The notes: generated by a model from the letters alone, not told the origin. A stretch of DNA of 60,339 nucleotides from Candidatus Moraniibacteriota bacterium (GCA_038208355.1 JBBQYU010000001.1:1-60339), one strand, 5' to 3'. Positions 37,817 to 47,199 are shown, counted from the first letter of the stretch. Translations and numbers: made by a program.

Positions 37817-38386
37817 TTACCGCTTCCTCTTCTGATCGAAGAAATACAAATACAAAGCGTACAGAATCACTCCCATCTTGATAACAGACAAAGGGAACCA
37901 AACATTCGTTTGACATCCATCCCATACATACCAGCCAACAATAAACAGTACCGTATACAGCAGTTCCCAAAACCATTGCGGGCGACCACTAGAAACCTGC
38001 CAAAACCCATAGGTAAGATTGAATACCAAAAGCGCCACATACACTATCAAAAGAAACACCCACATTCCTGCCGGCAGGGTAAAGCAACGAACGGTAGCAA
38101 CCGCCCCTCCCACCTCAACCACCGTCATCGCTGCCTCCACATCAATGCGAGGTCCGTGTATTTCCGAAATCTTCAGAACCCTGTCAGACACAACTGGCGG
38201 CGATACCACCTGTTCTACCGCCGTGCTGCGTTCTGAAACACTCCCCTGGTCCGCGGGCTGTGTGCGCCAGAAAAGAGACGACATCGATACAGCCTCCAGC
38301 ACAAAAAACAAAATGATCAGCACGACTACCCCATGCTTCTTCAAAAAGAGAGCCGCTTGTCCAAACAATGCTTGTGCCGATGTCAT
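37817..38386 (-). CDS. polytopic membrane protein, last gene of the fibre locus
   Basis: 189 aa, one N-terminal and about three C-terminal TM. 7-nt gap to the sortase stop. No recognisable motif. Confidence 0.5.
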   Translation of the reverse strand: MTSAQALFGQAALFLKKHGVVVLIILFFVLEAVSMSSLFWRTQPADQGSVSERSTAVEQVVSPPVVSDRVLKISEIHGPRIDVEAAMTVVEVGGAVATVRCFTLPAGMWVFLLIVYVALLVFNLTYGFWQVSSGRPQWFWELLYTVLFIVGWYVWDGCQTNVWFPLSVIKMGVILYALYLYFFDQKRKR

Positions 38387-38392
38387 ACGCGT

Positions 38393-39049
38393 TTAATTAT
38401 CTGAAACCTGCTCCGCAATCACGATAAGGCGCTTGAACGTCGTGCCGGCCGGCCAGCATGTCATGAGTGTGAGTGTCTTTGTGCTTTCGTCGCCCGTCAG
38501 ATACTCTACCTGGTCGGAAGCAACAATCTTCGTCTCTACCACCTTGTACACGAACTTCTCCCGGTTATGAAAGAGGTATATCTCATCACCCTGTCTGAGC
38601 TTGCCTATCAAATAGAACACGGCATTGTAGCGATTGGCCTCATAAAAGTCAACTCCCGAATGGGCAAACAAAAAGACATTCCCCGCTGCCCCGGGATAGC
38701 TCGTCCCCCTGGCATGGGCCACGCCTTGGGTGAGCGCCCGCTGATATTCGGCGGAGTTTTCCCAATCCACGTCAGCAATCACCCTGGCATTAGCGCCAAT
38801 TTTTGGAATAACGATACCGAAGTCCTCATCTACTGGAACAAGTGCCTTGGCCGATGGAACAGCCTGCGCCATCTCCTCTTCTTTTGTCACAACAGGCAGG
38901 TTGTTATCTTTGGCGGAAAATTGATACTTGATCTCTTCCCGGACGACCGGCGCAAAAGTCAGATACAGGATAAAAACGGACATCGCCACAAGGACCATGC
39001 CCGCCCTCTCATAAAGGAAGTTCCGCTGACTATTGTTTGGATTTTCCAT
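38393..39049 (-). CDS. sortase (transpeptidase)
   Basis: TM anchor, FLFAHSG (His), TLTLMTCWP (TLxTC Cys), FKRLIV (Arg). ATG 39049 is preferred; the ORF is open to 39079. Confidence 0.85.
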   Translation of the reverse strand: MENPNNSQRNFLYERAGMVLVAMSVFILYLTFAPVVREEIKYQFSAKDNNLPVVTKEEEMAQAVPSAKALVPVDEDFGIVIPKIGANARVIADVDWENSAEYQRALTQGVAHARGTSYPGAAGNVFLFAHSGVDFYEANRYNAVFYLIGKLRQGDEIYLFHNREKFVYKVVETKIVASDQVEYLTGDESTKTLTLMTCWPAGTTFKRLIVIAEQVSDN

Positions 39050-41156
39050 TGTGACGTTTGCGATACATGAAATAAGCAATCACCAACACCGCAAGTGCCA
39101 TCAGTCCGGAAAGCCAGGGATGCTGCTGCAACCAATTTCCCACTACTTCAACGGCCGTCGCTTCACCCAAAACAGCACCCTCTGCTGATTCATTGGTGAC
39201 AGCACCCTGCCCCTCCCCATTGGTCGTTTCTGCTCCTTCTACCGCTCCCTCGGCAGCTGGGCCGGATACCGCAATGGCTCCGGTGGGGGCTGCTCCACCA
39301 GTCTCGATAGTTTTGGTCTTGGTGTGCGTCACGGTGTGTGTGTTGACATGCACATCTTTGTCACCGACAAAGTCCGATCCGAAACCATAGGCATCCACCG
39401 CGCGTAACGCGTAGAAAGAGTCATTACTGCAGCCCGGAGCCGCTTCAGTGAAACTGCCGACGACATCTGATCCGATAACCTGCTCATCGAGTTTGGTGGA
39501 GGCATCAGCCGTAAACGTGGTCGCAGACGAACGGTAGAGCTCGACTTTCACTGTCTTGCCAACATCATTGGCCGTCGTGAAGGTAATAACATTCTGACAG
39601 GACGCATCGTGGCGATCATAGTTGTACGGCGTGCCTGGAGGTGTCGCCACGAGCTTGACCGGAACAGTCACACTCGTTGCCGTCTCACTATCACCGCTGG
39701 TCGTCACGGCTTTGACATAAAACGTGTAGTCGCCGGCAGCCGGTATGACAGTGGCATCCACCTGGCAATCCCCCGAATTTCCGCCGTACGTAGAATCGAG
39801 AGAATAGGTGGCGAACGGTATGATATCGCTATCCTTGTAGCACTCCACCGTAAGAGAACGTCCAAGAATATCCAGAGTGACAAAACCAATCTTGAAATTC
39901 GGAGTATTGACGACTGCCTCCGGTTTTTCTATCTGTACCGCCAGGCTGGCGGCACTGGCGCCCTGCCCCATGAAAAGGAGAGTCCCTGAAAAAAGAGTAA
40001 AAAGAAGAGTTTTCATAAGGACGGAATTATTGGAAGATTCATTCTCTTTCTTCAATCGGCGCCCAAAGAAAGCAAGTCCAATACCGGTGACAAAAAGGAC
40101 GAGAGCGAGAGCAAGCCAGACACCGTTGGCACCAGTGAAAGGCAAGGTGGAAGCTCCGAGAACATACTGGATTTTTTTCTTCGTCTTCTCTATGAGCTTG
40201 TTCTCGTGGTCTGCCGGAACGATGACCGTAGGAGTTGCATCCACTGCCACCGCTACCTGTGTTCCGACGAAATTGTCTGAATCAATCGGGTCGACGGCCA
40301 GGATGCTCCCACTCCCCTGAGAAACTCCGCGGGCAAAAGCGAGGTCGCGATAAAGGCCATCATCCTGCGTATCACTGATTCTCGTCCGATAGGTCACGGT
40401 TTTTGTTTCACCGGCGGCCATATCACCCAGATCCCAAATACCCGGGGAAGCATACGCATGAATGAAAGGAGCCCCGCTTCCGGAGAGAGGAACATACTCG
40501 AAACCTTTCGGCGGGAGGTCGGTCAGTACGACATCATTCACATCGTCATCAAGTGCTGTGACTCGCAGCGTATACTGCACCTCATTCCCCGGCGCTTCGT
40601 CGCCAACCGAATCATTCGTCTTTTCAATCCGGAGACTCGCATGAACTTCCGGAACATCGATGCTTATGGCAACATTGAAATACACTTTTGTATTTTGGTA
40701 TTCATTCCCGGCATTTGGATTGAAGATGAACGTAATCTTGTATTCCTGCGTTCCGAGAGCAGGGAGAGAGCCGAGGTCAATGAGCGTGTCACTGAGATCC
40801 TGAAGCGTTTGGTGTGTGCCACCACCGGGCAGCGTGATGAGACCCGAGCCCACGCGCTCTATCGTGACGTCAATCTGCTCCTCGAGCTCAAAAGGGGGAT
40901 TTGGTACGAGCCCCTGTGAGAGATCGATGTGGAGACTCATGACGATATTCTGGGGAGTGCCAGTCAAATTCCGGACGGTCATCTTGTCCATAAACACATC
41001 TCCCGGCAAGATATTGGTATGAGTGATAAAGGGGTTGGTACCAATGACTTCTATCACATCGATCAAGTCTGGATCGACAGCCGAAACCGGCTCGGCCCAC
41101 GCAAGGAACGCGAGAGCGAAGAAGGTGCCGATAAAAATGTTCTTGTGCATACGCAT
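39030..41156 (-). CDS. bipartite surface protein with an internal LPFTG sorting signal followed in frame by a second signal-peptide-led module
   Basis: aa 1-26 signal (AWAEPVSA). DUF11-like fold (LRIEKTNDSVGDEAPGNEVQYTLRVT). LPFTG (40134-40148) plus TM plus RRLKK at aa 337-370. Then MKTLLFTLFSGTLLFMGQGASAAS (M381 = 40016), beta-rich region, C-terminal TM plus KRHNGKSKQ. Confidence 0.75.
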   Translation of the reverse strand: MRMHKNIFIGTFFALAFLAWAEPVSAVDPDLIDVIEVIGTNPFITHTNILPGDVFMDKMTVRNLTGTPQNIVMSLHIDLSQGLVPNPPFELEEQIDVTIERVGSGLITLPGGGTHQTLQDLSDTLIDLGSLPALGTQEYKITFIFNPNAGNEYQNTKVYFNVAISIDVPEVHASLRIEKTNDSVGDEAPGNEVQYTLRVTALDDDVNDVVLTDLPPKGFEYVPLSGSGAPFIHAYASPGIWDLGDMAAGETKTVTYRTRISDTQDDGLYRDLAFARGVSQGSGSILAVDPIDSDNFVGTQVAVAVDATPTVIVPADHENKLIEKTKKKIQYVLGASTLPFTGANGVWLALALVLFVTGIGLAFFGRRLKKENESSNNSVLMKTLLFTLFSGTLLFMGQGASAASLAVQIEKPEAVVNTPNFKIGFVTLDILGRSLTVECYKDSDIIPFATYSLDSTYGGNSGDCQVDATVIPAAGDYTFYVKAVTTSGDSETATSVTVPVKLVATPPGTPYNYDRHDASCQNVITFTTANDVGKTVKVELYRSSATTFTADASTKLDEQVIGSDVVGSFTEAAPGCSNDSFYALRAVDAYGFGSDFVGDKDVHVNTHTVTHTKTKTIETGGAAPTGAIAVSGPAAEGAVEGAETTNGEGQGAVTNESAEGAVLGEATAVEVVGNWLQQHPWLSGLMALAVLVIAYFMYRKRHNGKSKQ

Positions 41157-41165
41157 ATCGTTGAT

Positions 41166-43298
41166 CTATGATTCGTTACTCGGAGCGGTTTCCGGCTCTT
41201 TCACGACCGGTTCTACCACATCAGCCGGGGGCGCTTGATCGACGGCCTTCGGTTCTTCCCCTGCCGTGACTTCGCTCGGAGTTGTTTCCGTGGGAGTTTC
41301 TTTAATAACTTGCTCTTCTTTTGCTACCGGAATCTCCTCAGGAACACTGCCAGCCACAGTATCCGGCGTTCCAGACGTTTCCGTACCCGTAACCACAGGA
41401 ACTTCGGTTTCGGACGGGACAGTTCCTGTATCTTGAACCACAGTCTCGTCAGACGCTCCGGACTCTTGCAACAACGCAGCCAATTTCTTGGTCTCACGAT
41501 CAAGGACGCGGTCGAGTATCCCCAAAATGACATCATCATTTATCTTCTGGTCATCCGCTTCCTTGAGCATGCCCAGATACAGGAGGAACACAGGCGAACA
41601 AATCGCCTCACGATTACCCTTCTTCAGTTTTTCATTCTCAAAACAGGTATCAAACGTCAACAACTGGAAATCGCTCATCTCTTGTTTGTTCATTGCGTTT
41701 TCTTTGCCCGGCGTAGCCTCTGGATCGATCCAGATGCCCTCACCATCAGGGAAACGAGCGAACGATTTGCCTTCCGGCAGGGCGCCCGCGTTAGTATAGC
41801 TCACGGTATCTTCTCGCACATCGTCGGTCGCAACATCCACTGCCAGTGGGTTGTAAAGCGAAAGGGTATCCGCATCATTATCCAGGAACTTCTGCTCGAG
41901 ATAGACCACCAACTGGCCATGGCCGGGCACCAGCGTATCGCCACTTTCCGTATTGGCGGCCGAAATCACAATCTGATCGCCAGCGGCATTGGTGATGTAC
42001 CAGCCTGTCACATCAATCGGGGTGTCGAGGATATTGTAAAGTTCAATCCATTCGCCATTTGGACGACTAGCGTCATCCTCACCAATTGGATTGGGCACGA
42101 ATTCATTGAGCACAATCGGGGAAAGATTGGCAGCCTTCGGCGTGCCATAGTTATTACCCACAGCGTCCCAGTACGGAGCACCATTGGCCGCACCCGAGAC
42201 ACAGGCGTGCCAGCTTCCAACCAGGAGACCATCACCCGGAATATCATTACGCTCCATAGACTGCTCAAATGGCGTACTAGAGCCATGGTTCCCTGCCGCC
42301 CAATTCGGAGCGCCCAGGGCGCTATCGATGACGAGATTGGTGTTACTCTTCAGGACCAGGTTTCCGTTCCCAGTATTATTGAGTTCTACATTGGTCGTTA
42401 CCCAATCAGGAGCAACGTCTAACGCTGAATTGGCATCGGTTTTTTCATAATTAGCAATCAGGAAATATCCGTGGGCGGGAATGAATTTTCCACTTGGTAT
42501 TGTCAGTATTCCTCCGCTCACCGACGAAGCATTCTCGATCTTCCAGCCGGCAATCGGGATAGCGCTCCCCGTCATATTGCGGAGCTCAATCCACTCATCA
42601 TGGGAATTCACCGTCGAACCCATCCACATCACCTCGTTCAACACCACATCGCCCGCGGTCAGCCATTCGCCGGTCGTCACACTATGGACGCCCGCCGTCT
42701 CCGTATCGACAAAACCGGTACCATCATCAGGCAAGTTCGTCTGCCATGCGTGCAGATCAAAATTCCAACTACAATTTTTGTTCTCAAGCGTACCACCGGC
42801 ATCGGCAGGCAGTTCGAGCGCGAAATTCCACTTGTCCTGGCCGAAAACAGGGATAGTATAGGGGCTGCCCGCGATGCTGGCGCTATCAAAGTCCTTGAGG
42901 GGGAGCTTATCATACACCACTGTGCCACCACGCTTGGCGGTCAAAAGGAGGGCACTGCAAAGCCCCATATCTCCTCCCGTGTTGCGGTATTTCACCTGGT
43001 ACTGAAAATCGAGGCCGCCCTCGTTCTTAAAGGTCATATTCTGACTGGGATTGTCCTCTGGCGTCATACCTGTCACCAAGAACTGTTCGAGGTAACTGAC
43101 CCGCCCATCGAGACTGGCGGCCGTGAAAGAATTACCCGTACTTTCTTCAATATCAGAAAATCCCGCGTTCGTCCCACCGATTCGCGTCACCCCCACAAAC
43201 AAAACAAGCACCAAAAAGGCCATCGTCACCTTCCGCATCGATTGCAGAATGCGCTTGGTAATCACTGACTGATATTTTTTAGACGGTCGTTTTTTCAT
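41166..43298 (-). CDS. SipW-signal protein with TasA-like N-domain, two lamin-tail domains (LTD) and an acidic Pro/Glu/Thr tail
   Basis: RIGGTNAGFSDIEESTGNSFTAASLD. LTD1 VVLNEVMWMGS..DEWIELRNMTGSAIPIAGWKI. LTD2 IVLNEFVPNPIG..GEWIELYNILDTPIDVTGWYI. Confidence 0.75.
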   Translation of the reverse strand: MKKRPSKKYQSVITKRILQSMRKVTMAFLVLVLFVGVTRIGGTNAGFSDIEESTGNSFTAASLDGRVSYLEQFLVTGMTPEDNPSQNMTFKNEGGLDFQYQVKYRNTGGDMGLCSALLLTAKRGGTVVYDKLPLKDFDSASIAGSPYTIPVFGQDKWNFALELPADAGGTLENKNCSWNFDLHAWQTNLPDDGTGFVDTETAGVHSVTTGEWLTAGDVVLNEVMWMGSTVNSHDEWIELRNMTGSAIPIAGWKIENASSVSGGILTIPSGKFIPAHGYFLIANYEKTDANSALDVAPDWVTTNVELNNTGNGNLVLKSNTNLVIDSALGAPNWAAGNHGSSTPFEQSMERNDIPGDGLLVGSWHACVSGAANGAPYWDAVGNNYGTPKAANLSPIVLNEFVPNPIGEDDASRPNGEWIELYNILDTPIDVTGWYITNAAGDQIVISAANTESGDTLVPGHGQLVVYLEQKFLDNDADTLSLYNPLAVDVATDDVREDTVSYTNAGALPEGKSFARFPDGEGIWIDPEATPGKENAMNKQEMSDFQLLTFDTCFENEKLKKGNREAICSPVFLLYLGMLKEADDQKINDDVILGILDRVLDRETKKLAALLQESGASDETVVQDTGTVPSETEVPVVTGTETSGTPDTVAGSVPEEIPVAKEEQVIKETPTETTPSEVTAGEEPKAVDQAPPADVVEPVVKEPETAPSNES

Positions 43299-43330
43299 CT
43301 TTACTCTGTAAAACTCAGCATACCTATGGC

Positions 43331-43927
43331 TTAAGATTCTTCCCCAGTCGAATCCTGCTTCGCAGGAGCACCTTCAGTGCTATTCGACGGGGCAGGGCGC
43401 TTTTCTACTCGACGTTTGTAATCCGCTTTTTTCTTCAGCTCTCTCCGAATCTTCTGCGCTTCTTCATAAATAATCAGTACTGCCGGAATAACGATAATCA
43501 ACCCAAAGCCCCAAGGCTGCTGCGCCGTAGCGACGGCATAGCCGATATAGGGGACAGAGAAGAGCACTTTGCCGATAATCTCATAGCGACTGACCGTGCG
43601 CATATCCTCACCATTGTTGGCATCACCGCGTGTAACAAATCCGCCCTCTTTCACTTCCATGATGCGATGGGTGGTCGGCGTCTTTCCCTTGCTCTTGGGG
43701 CCAAAGGTAATGACGTCGCCTACACGATAGTCAGCCATAGGCTTTATCACTACCACGCTTCCGGTCTTGATAGCCGGCTCCATACTCCCCGACTGCACCA
43801 CATAGGTTTTGATGCCTCCGGGCACCGGCACCGCCGACGCAATGAGTACCACCGCCACGAGCGCAATAGCTGCGTAGAAGAGATAGGCCAAGACCTTGAA
43901 TATTCTGTCTGATGTTCCTTGCGCCAT
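43331..43927 (-). CDS. sipW: SipW-type (S26B, ER/archaeal-like) signal peptidase I
   Basis: VQSGSMEPAIKTGSVVVI (Ser), TTHRIMEV (His), VTRGDANNGED. ATG 43927 is preferred because the earlier ATG 43987 lies inside the 43974-44000 hairpin. Confidence 0.85.
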   Translation of the reverse strand: MAQGTSDRIFKVLAYLFYAAIALVAVVLIASAVPVPGGIKTYVVQSGSMEPAIKTGSVVVIKPMADYRVGDVITFGPKSKGKTPTTHRIMEVKEGGFVTRGDANNGEDMRTVSRYEIIGKVLFSVPYIGYAVATAQQPWGFGLIIVIPAVLIIYEEAQKIRRELKKKADYKRRVEKRPAPSNSTEGAPAKQDSTGEES

Positions 43928-43973
43928 AGTTTTTGCTTCGGTCTCTTTTTTAATACACGATAAGACCTTTATC

Positions 43974-44000
43974 CTCCCGCCTTCCATGTGAAGGCGGGAG
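43974..44000 (-). promoter_or_regulatory. intercistronic GC hairpin between fibre-subunit gene and sipW
   Basis: CTCCCGCCTT-CCATGTG-AAGGCGGGAG, 10-bp stem, no U-tract. Confidence 0.6.
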
Positions 44001-44028
44001 TAAAAAGCCTGAACGTCAGGATTTTCTA

Positions 44029-45369
44029 TTAGTGAGGCGCGCTGTCTGCGGCCACTGCGGGCGTGAGGTCAACCTGATCACACGAGAACTCGCTATTGTT
44101 TCTCTGCTGCACCGCGTAGGCGACAAAGTCAGAGATGACCTTGTCGGTCTGGGCCTTATTACCCATACCATTGCCATCACAACTGACGGCTGGCGTATCC
44201 GAACTGGTCGATGGACCGGTCTGGGTTCCCGCACACCAGGTGAAGCCGACGAAATCAATCGGCGCCGGGCTTGAGAGCGCCAGCGGAATCATGGTGTTGA
44301 GACTACGCATCGGCGTACCCGCATTGACCAAGACATCCTCGGTCGGAGCGTCGAAGACGCCGTTGTTATTCTTGTCATTCCAGACGAAGAATTGGAGCTC
44401 GCCTGAAAGCTCGCCGGTTGTAGCATCATCACCGAGAGCTACTTCCGGATCAACAAGACCATTCTCGTCGTCCTGAATATTGGTCGGGAGGAGACAGACA
44501 TAAGCGTCATTGGTGTAAACATGAAGAGAAATGACGTTTGTGCCATAATCCCCCGGCTTCACATCGGTGAAATTCCAGAAAGTATCTCCTTGAGTGAGGT
44601 CCTTTTCACCCCAGAGGGTGCACGTTCCACCATTTGTGTACGCAAAGGGCGTACAGTTCAAAGCGTGTACCGCAATGTCATCAAGATAGCCACCAAGGGT
44701 ATCTGCTTGGTTCCCAGCATCAGCAAATTTGACCGTTGTCTGGGTGTCGAGTGCAATAAAGTTATACGTCTCTTGTGTCCACGAGGTAGCCGATCCGCCG
44801 ATTGATGAATTTTCAACGGTGCTATTTATCATGACACCGCTTGTCGATGTTACGAGAACCGTCCAAGCAATCGTGTTATCTCCCGCAGGACCATTATTTG
44901 GTCGCGGTGAGTGCCAAAAAGTCAACCGATATTTCTGGCCAGGTACCGTACTGATGACCTGCTCTATCGTTGACTGACTACCGGCTCCGTGGCTATCCAA
45001 CTCAGCGAGCTGGCTGCCTCCGTGGGGGTTGCCTGCTGCATGGTCTTGAATTTCAAGACCGGCACCGCCCACAACAGCCCAACCAGGAACAGTAGTGCCT
45101 GTATATACCTGCCACTGACCATTTGAGAGATTTGGGTCTTCAAATCCGCCGTTCACGATAAGATCTGTATCTTCTTCGGTGCATTCTCCCACACATTCCT
45201 GGCCATCATACGAGGCGTAGGTGTGGTCCACTTTGAGGTCGATGGCACCAGCGGTGAAGATGTTCCCATTGGACGTCTCCGTGTCGCTGAAGAGCGCTCT
45301 CGTTCCCCCGACTGCGACCGCTGCCACCGCAGCAATCGTACTCAGACTAATTAATATTTTCTTGTTCAT
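44029..45369 (-). CDS. TasA/camelysin-like fibre subunit with SipW-cognate signal and DUF642-like insert
   Basis: MNKKILISLSTIAAVAAVAVGGTRALFSDTETSNGNIFTAGAIDLKVD. Insert FEDPNLSNGQWQVY..VPGWAV...GGSQLAELD...GQKYRLTFWHSPR. Confidence 0.8.
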   Translation of the reverse strand: MNKKILISLSTIAAVAAVAVGGTRALFSDTETSNGNIFTAGAIDLKVDHTYASYDGQECVGECTEEDTDLIVNGGFEDPNLSNGQWQVYTGTTVPGWAVVGGAGLEIQDHAAGNPHGGSQLAELDSHGAGSQSTIEQVISTVPGQKYRLTFWHSPRPNNGPAGDNTIAWTVLVTSTSGVMINSTVENSSIGGSATSWTQETYNFIALDTQTTVKFADAGNQADTLGGYLDDIAVHALNCTPFAYTNGGTCTLWGEKDLTQGDTFWNFTDVKPGDYGTNVISLHVYTNDAYVCLLPTNIQDDENGLVDPEVALGDDATTGELSGELQFFVWNDKNNNGVFDAPTEDVLVNAGTPMRSLNTMIPLALSSPAPIDFVGFTWCAGTQTGPSTSSDTPAVSCDGNGMGNKAQTDKVISDFVAYAVQQRNNSEFSCDQVDLTPAVAADSAPH

Positions 45370-45393
45370 AACGATTTATTGAATGATTACGAG

Positions 45394-46749
45394 TTAGTTC
45401 TCAAAATCAGTCTTCTCCGAGTTAAACTGAATCCAATCAACAACGCCCTCTTCACCAGTTGGTCCTGGGTGTCCAACGCGAACACCAAGCCAGGAATCAG
45501 TAGAGCGAGTTTCTGCGTTCGGGTAATCAGCCACAATAGCAGACCATGTTCGATTTGTAGAACCTGAGAAAGGTACGGTCGTGGTTGATCCCACTGGCCA
45601 ATTTCCTCCTGACAAGTGCCACATCTCAGCCAGAGCATCCACTTCGGTCCAGGTACTAACTGGTATAGTGGCTGAAGATTGTACTAAGCGTCGTTGCCAG
45701 GTATCACTATTGTTAAAGTCAATATTGAAGTTGAGGTATGGTGATCCACCTGAGACTGAAGGATCATAGACACGATACTTCAGCGTATTGATATTACTCA
45801 ACTTCACGTCCTTATACTTGTAGGTAGCAATATTATACCGAGGATCAGTTTCTGAGCCGAGCACCATCTTGGCACCCCCTGACCCAGCGACGGACTCCAT
45901 ATGATTTTGACCACCTGTACTACTAAACTGATCAATGATCATGACAGTGTCATTGGTGTCATCGTAGAAGAACCATTTCCCGTTCCCATTGGCGGTCACT
46001 TTGCTACCTGTTTCAAGACCGGCCTGATGAACCACGGTGGTGATTCCATCTGAACACTTAAACGCTCCGTTGTTGCGAGCCTGGACGACATTGAAACTGA
46101 TATCGCCTGTCATACTGTCCGTCTGGACTTCGTTTCCGGTCCCGATCGGAAGGCTCCAAGCTACCCCAAGGTAGCCAGTGGTACCACCGGCCAAGGGGCC
46201 TGTTTCTGTAGCTGAGTCATAGATGGCCCAAACATCGTCCTGAGGAGCTCCAGTATAGAGCACTTCCTCTGTTCCGTTTTGAATATTGTCGCCTGCGATT
46301 CCGCTACCAGCACCGTTGTCTCTCCAAACGGTGAGAACAAGGTTTTGCTGGAGCTCACCCACACTTTGAGTAGTATCACCAGCCTCGCCTTCTGGCTCGT
46401 TGATGCCATTTTCATCATTGGTAAGCCCAGAAACCGTCGCACAAACCCACGCATCATTGTTGATTACGTGCAGGCTGATAGTGTTTTCACCACTATCCCC
46501 AGGTTTCACATCACCGAAGTTGAAGAATTTATCGGCTGTGGGAACCAAATCTTTTTCAGCCCAAGTCGCAGCAGCGACAGAGACACCATTATAGGTAGCC
46601 GTACTGTCTACCTTCAGGTCGATGGCCCCGGCGGTGAAGGTATTGCCCATCGAAGTCTCCGTGTCACTGAAGAACGCGCTCGTTCCACCGATCACCACCG
46701 CGGCTACCGCGCCGATGACCGAGAGACTCATAATTATTTTTTTATTCAT
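45394..46749 (-). CDS. TasA/camelysin-like fibre subunit with SipW-cognate signal and C-terminal jelly-roll-like domain
   Basis: MNKKIIMSLSVIGAVAAVVIGGTSAFFSDTETSMGNTFTAGAIDLKVD. FNFGDVKPGDSGENTISLHVINNDAWVC parallels the same block in 44029-45369. Confidence 0.8.
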   Translation of the reverse strand: MNKKIIMSLSVIGAVAAVVIGGTSAFFSDTETSMGNTFTAGAIDLKVDSTATYNGVSVAAATWAEKDLVPTADKFFNFGDVKPGDSGENTISLHVINNDAWVCATVSGLTNDENGINEPEGEAGDTTQSVGELQQNLVLTVWRDNGAGSGIAGDNIQNGTEEVLYTGAPQDDVWAIYDSATETGPLAGGTTGYLGVAWSLPIGTGNEVQTDSMTGDISFNVVQARNNGAFKCSDGITTVVHQAGLETGSKVTANGNGKWFFYDDTNDTVMIIDQFSSTGGQNHMESVAGSGGAKMVLGSETDPRYNIATYKYKDVKLSNINTLKYRVYDPSVSGGSPYLNFNIDFNNSDTWQRRLVQSSATIPVSTWTEVDALAEMWHLSGGNWPVGSTTTVPFSGSTNRTWSAIVADYPNAETRSTDSWLGVRVGHPGPTGEEGVVDWIQFNSEKTDFEN

Positions 46750-46922
46750 ATCCTTGTTCGTTATTATTTACACTGCTCCTCCGCATCGACACGATTGGCC
46801 GGGGAATGGCCTGCGGGTTTCTTTACTTGCCCCTAAATGGTTATTCTGAACTGCCAGCTCCCGAAAAGGAGTTTTGTCTTAGACCAGACCCCTCTGCGAA
46901 AGCCCGCGCTCAAAATATTTTC

Positions 46923-46977
46923 AAAAACAAAAAACCGACGGGAGTCAAACAGAAAACACTGTCAAACTTCCGTCGGC
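46923..46977 (-). terminator. terminator-like hairpin inside the long leader of the fibre locus
   Basis: Minus strand: CCGACGGAAG..loop..CTCCCGTCGG followed by TTTTTTGTTTTT. Confidence 0.55.
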
Positions 46978-47163
46978 CTTCAGAGAACAAAATTTTTGTG
47001 TCTTCATCATACTCATCATAGTGACGAAAGACTCACCCGTGAAGATCACTTTTGTTTTTATTTTTAGCCTGTTAAGGCAAACCTCCTGAAATAGAACGAC
47101 TTTTCCTACTCTGTTTTCTTAGGCTAAACCCCTATCTCTTCCGTGTCAAGCGGCCAATTTTGA

Positions 47164-47199
47164 CAAAAAAACCGGGTAGCCCATGAAAAGAGCTACCCG
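47164..47199 (-). terminator. rho-independent terminator of the PEP-CTERM gene
   Basis: Minus strand: CGGGTAGC-TCTTTTCATGG-GCTACCCG followed by GTTTTTTTT. Confidence 0.75.

Noticed and set aside
41235-43268. Long plus-strand ORFs (395 aa, 265 aa) antisense to the LTD protein gene
   Set aside because: Antisense shadows, Arg/Ile-rich. The minus-strand frame has a signal peptide and LTD motifs.
46750-46935. c-di-GMP-I riboswitch in the fibre-locus leader
   Set aside because: Only loose resemblance (GGGGCAAG..CCCGCAGGCC..CCCCGGCC vs GGGCAAACC..ACGCAAAGCC..CCGGCC). I cannot build the P1/P2 helices by eye. Left as a cmscan test rather than a call.
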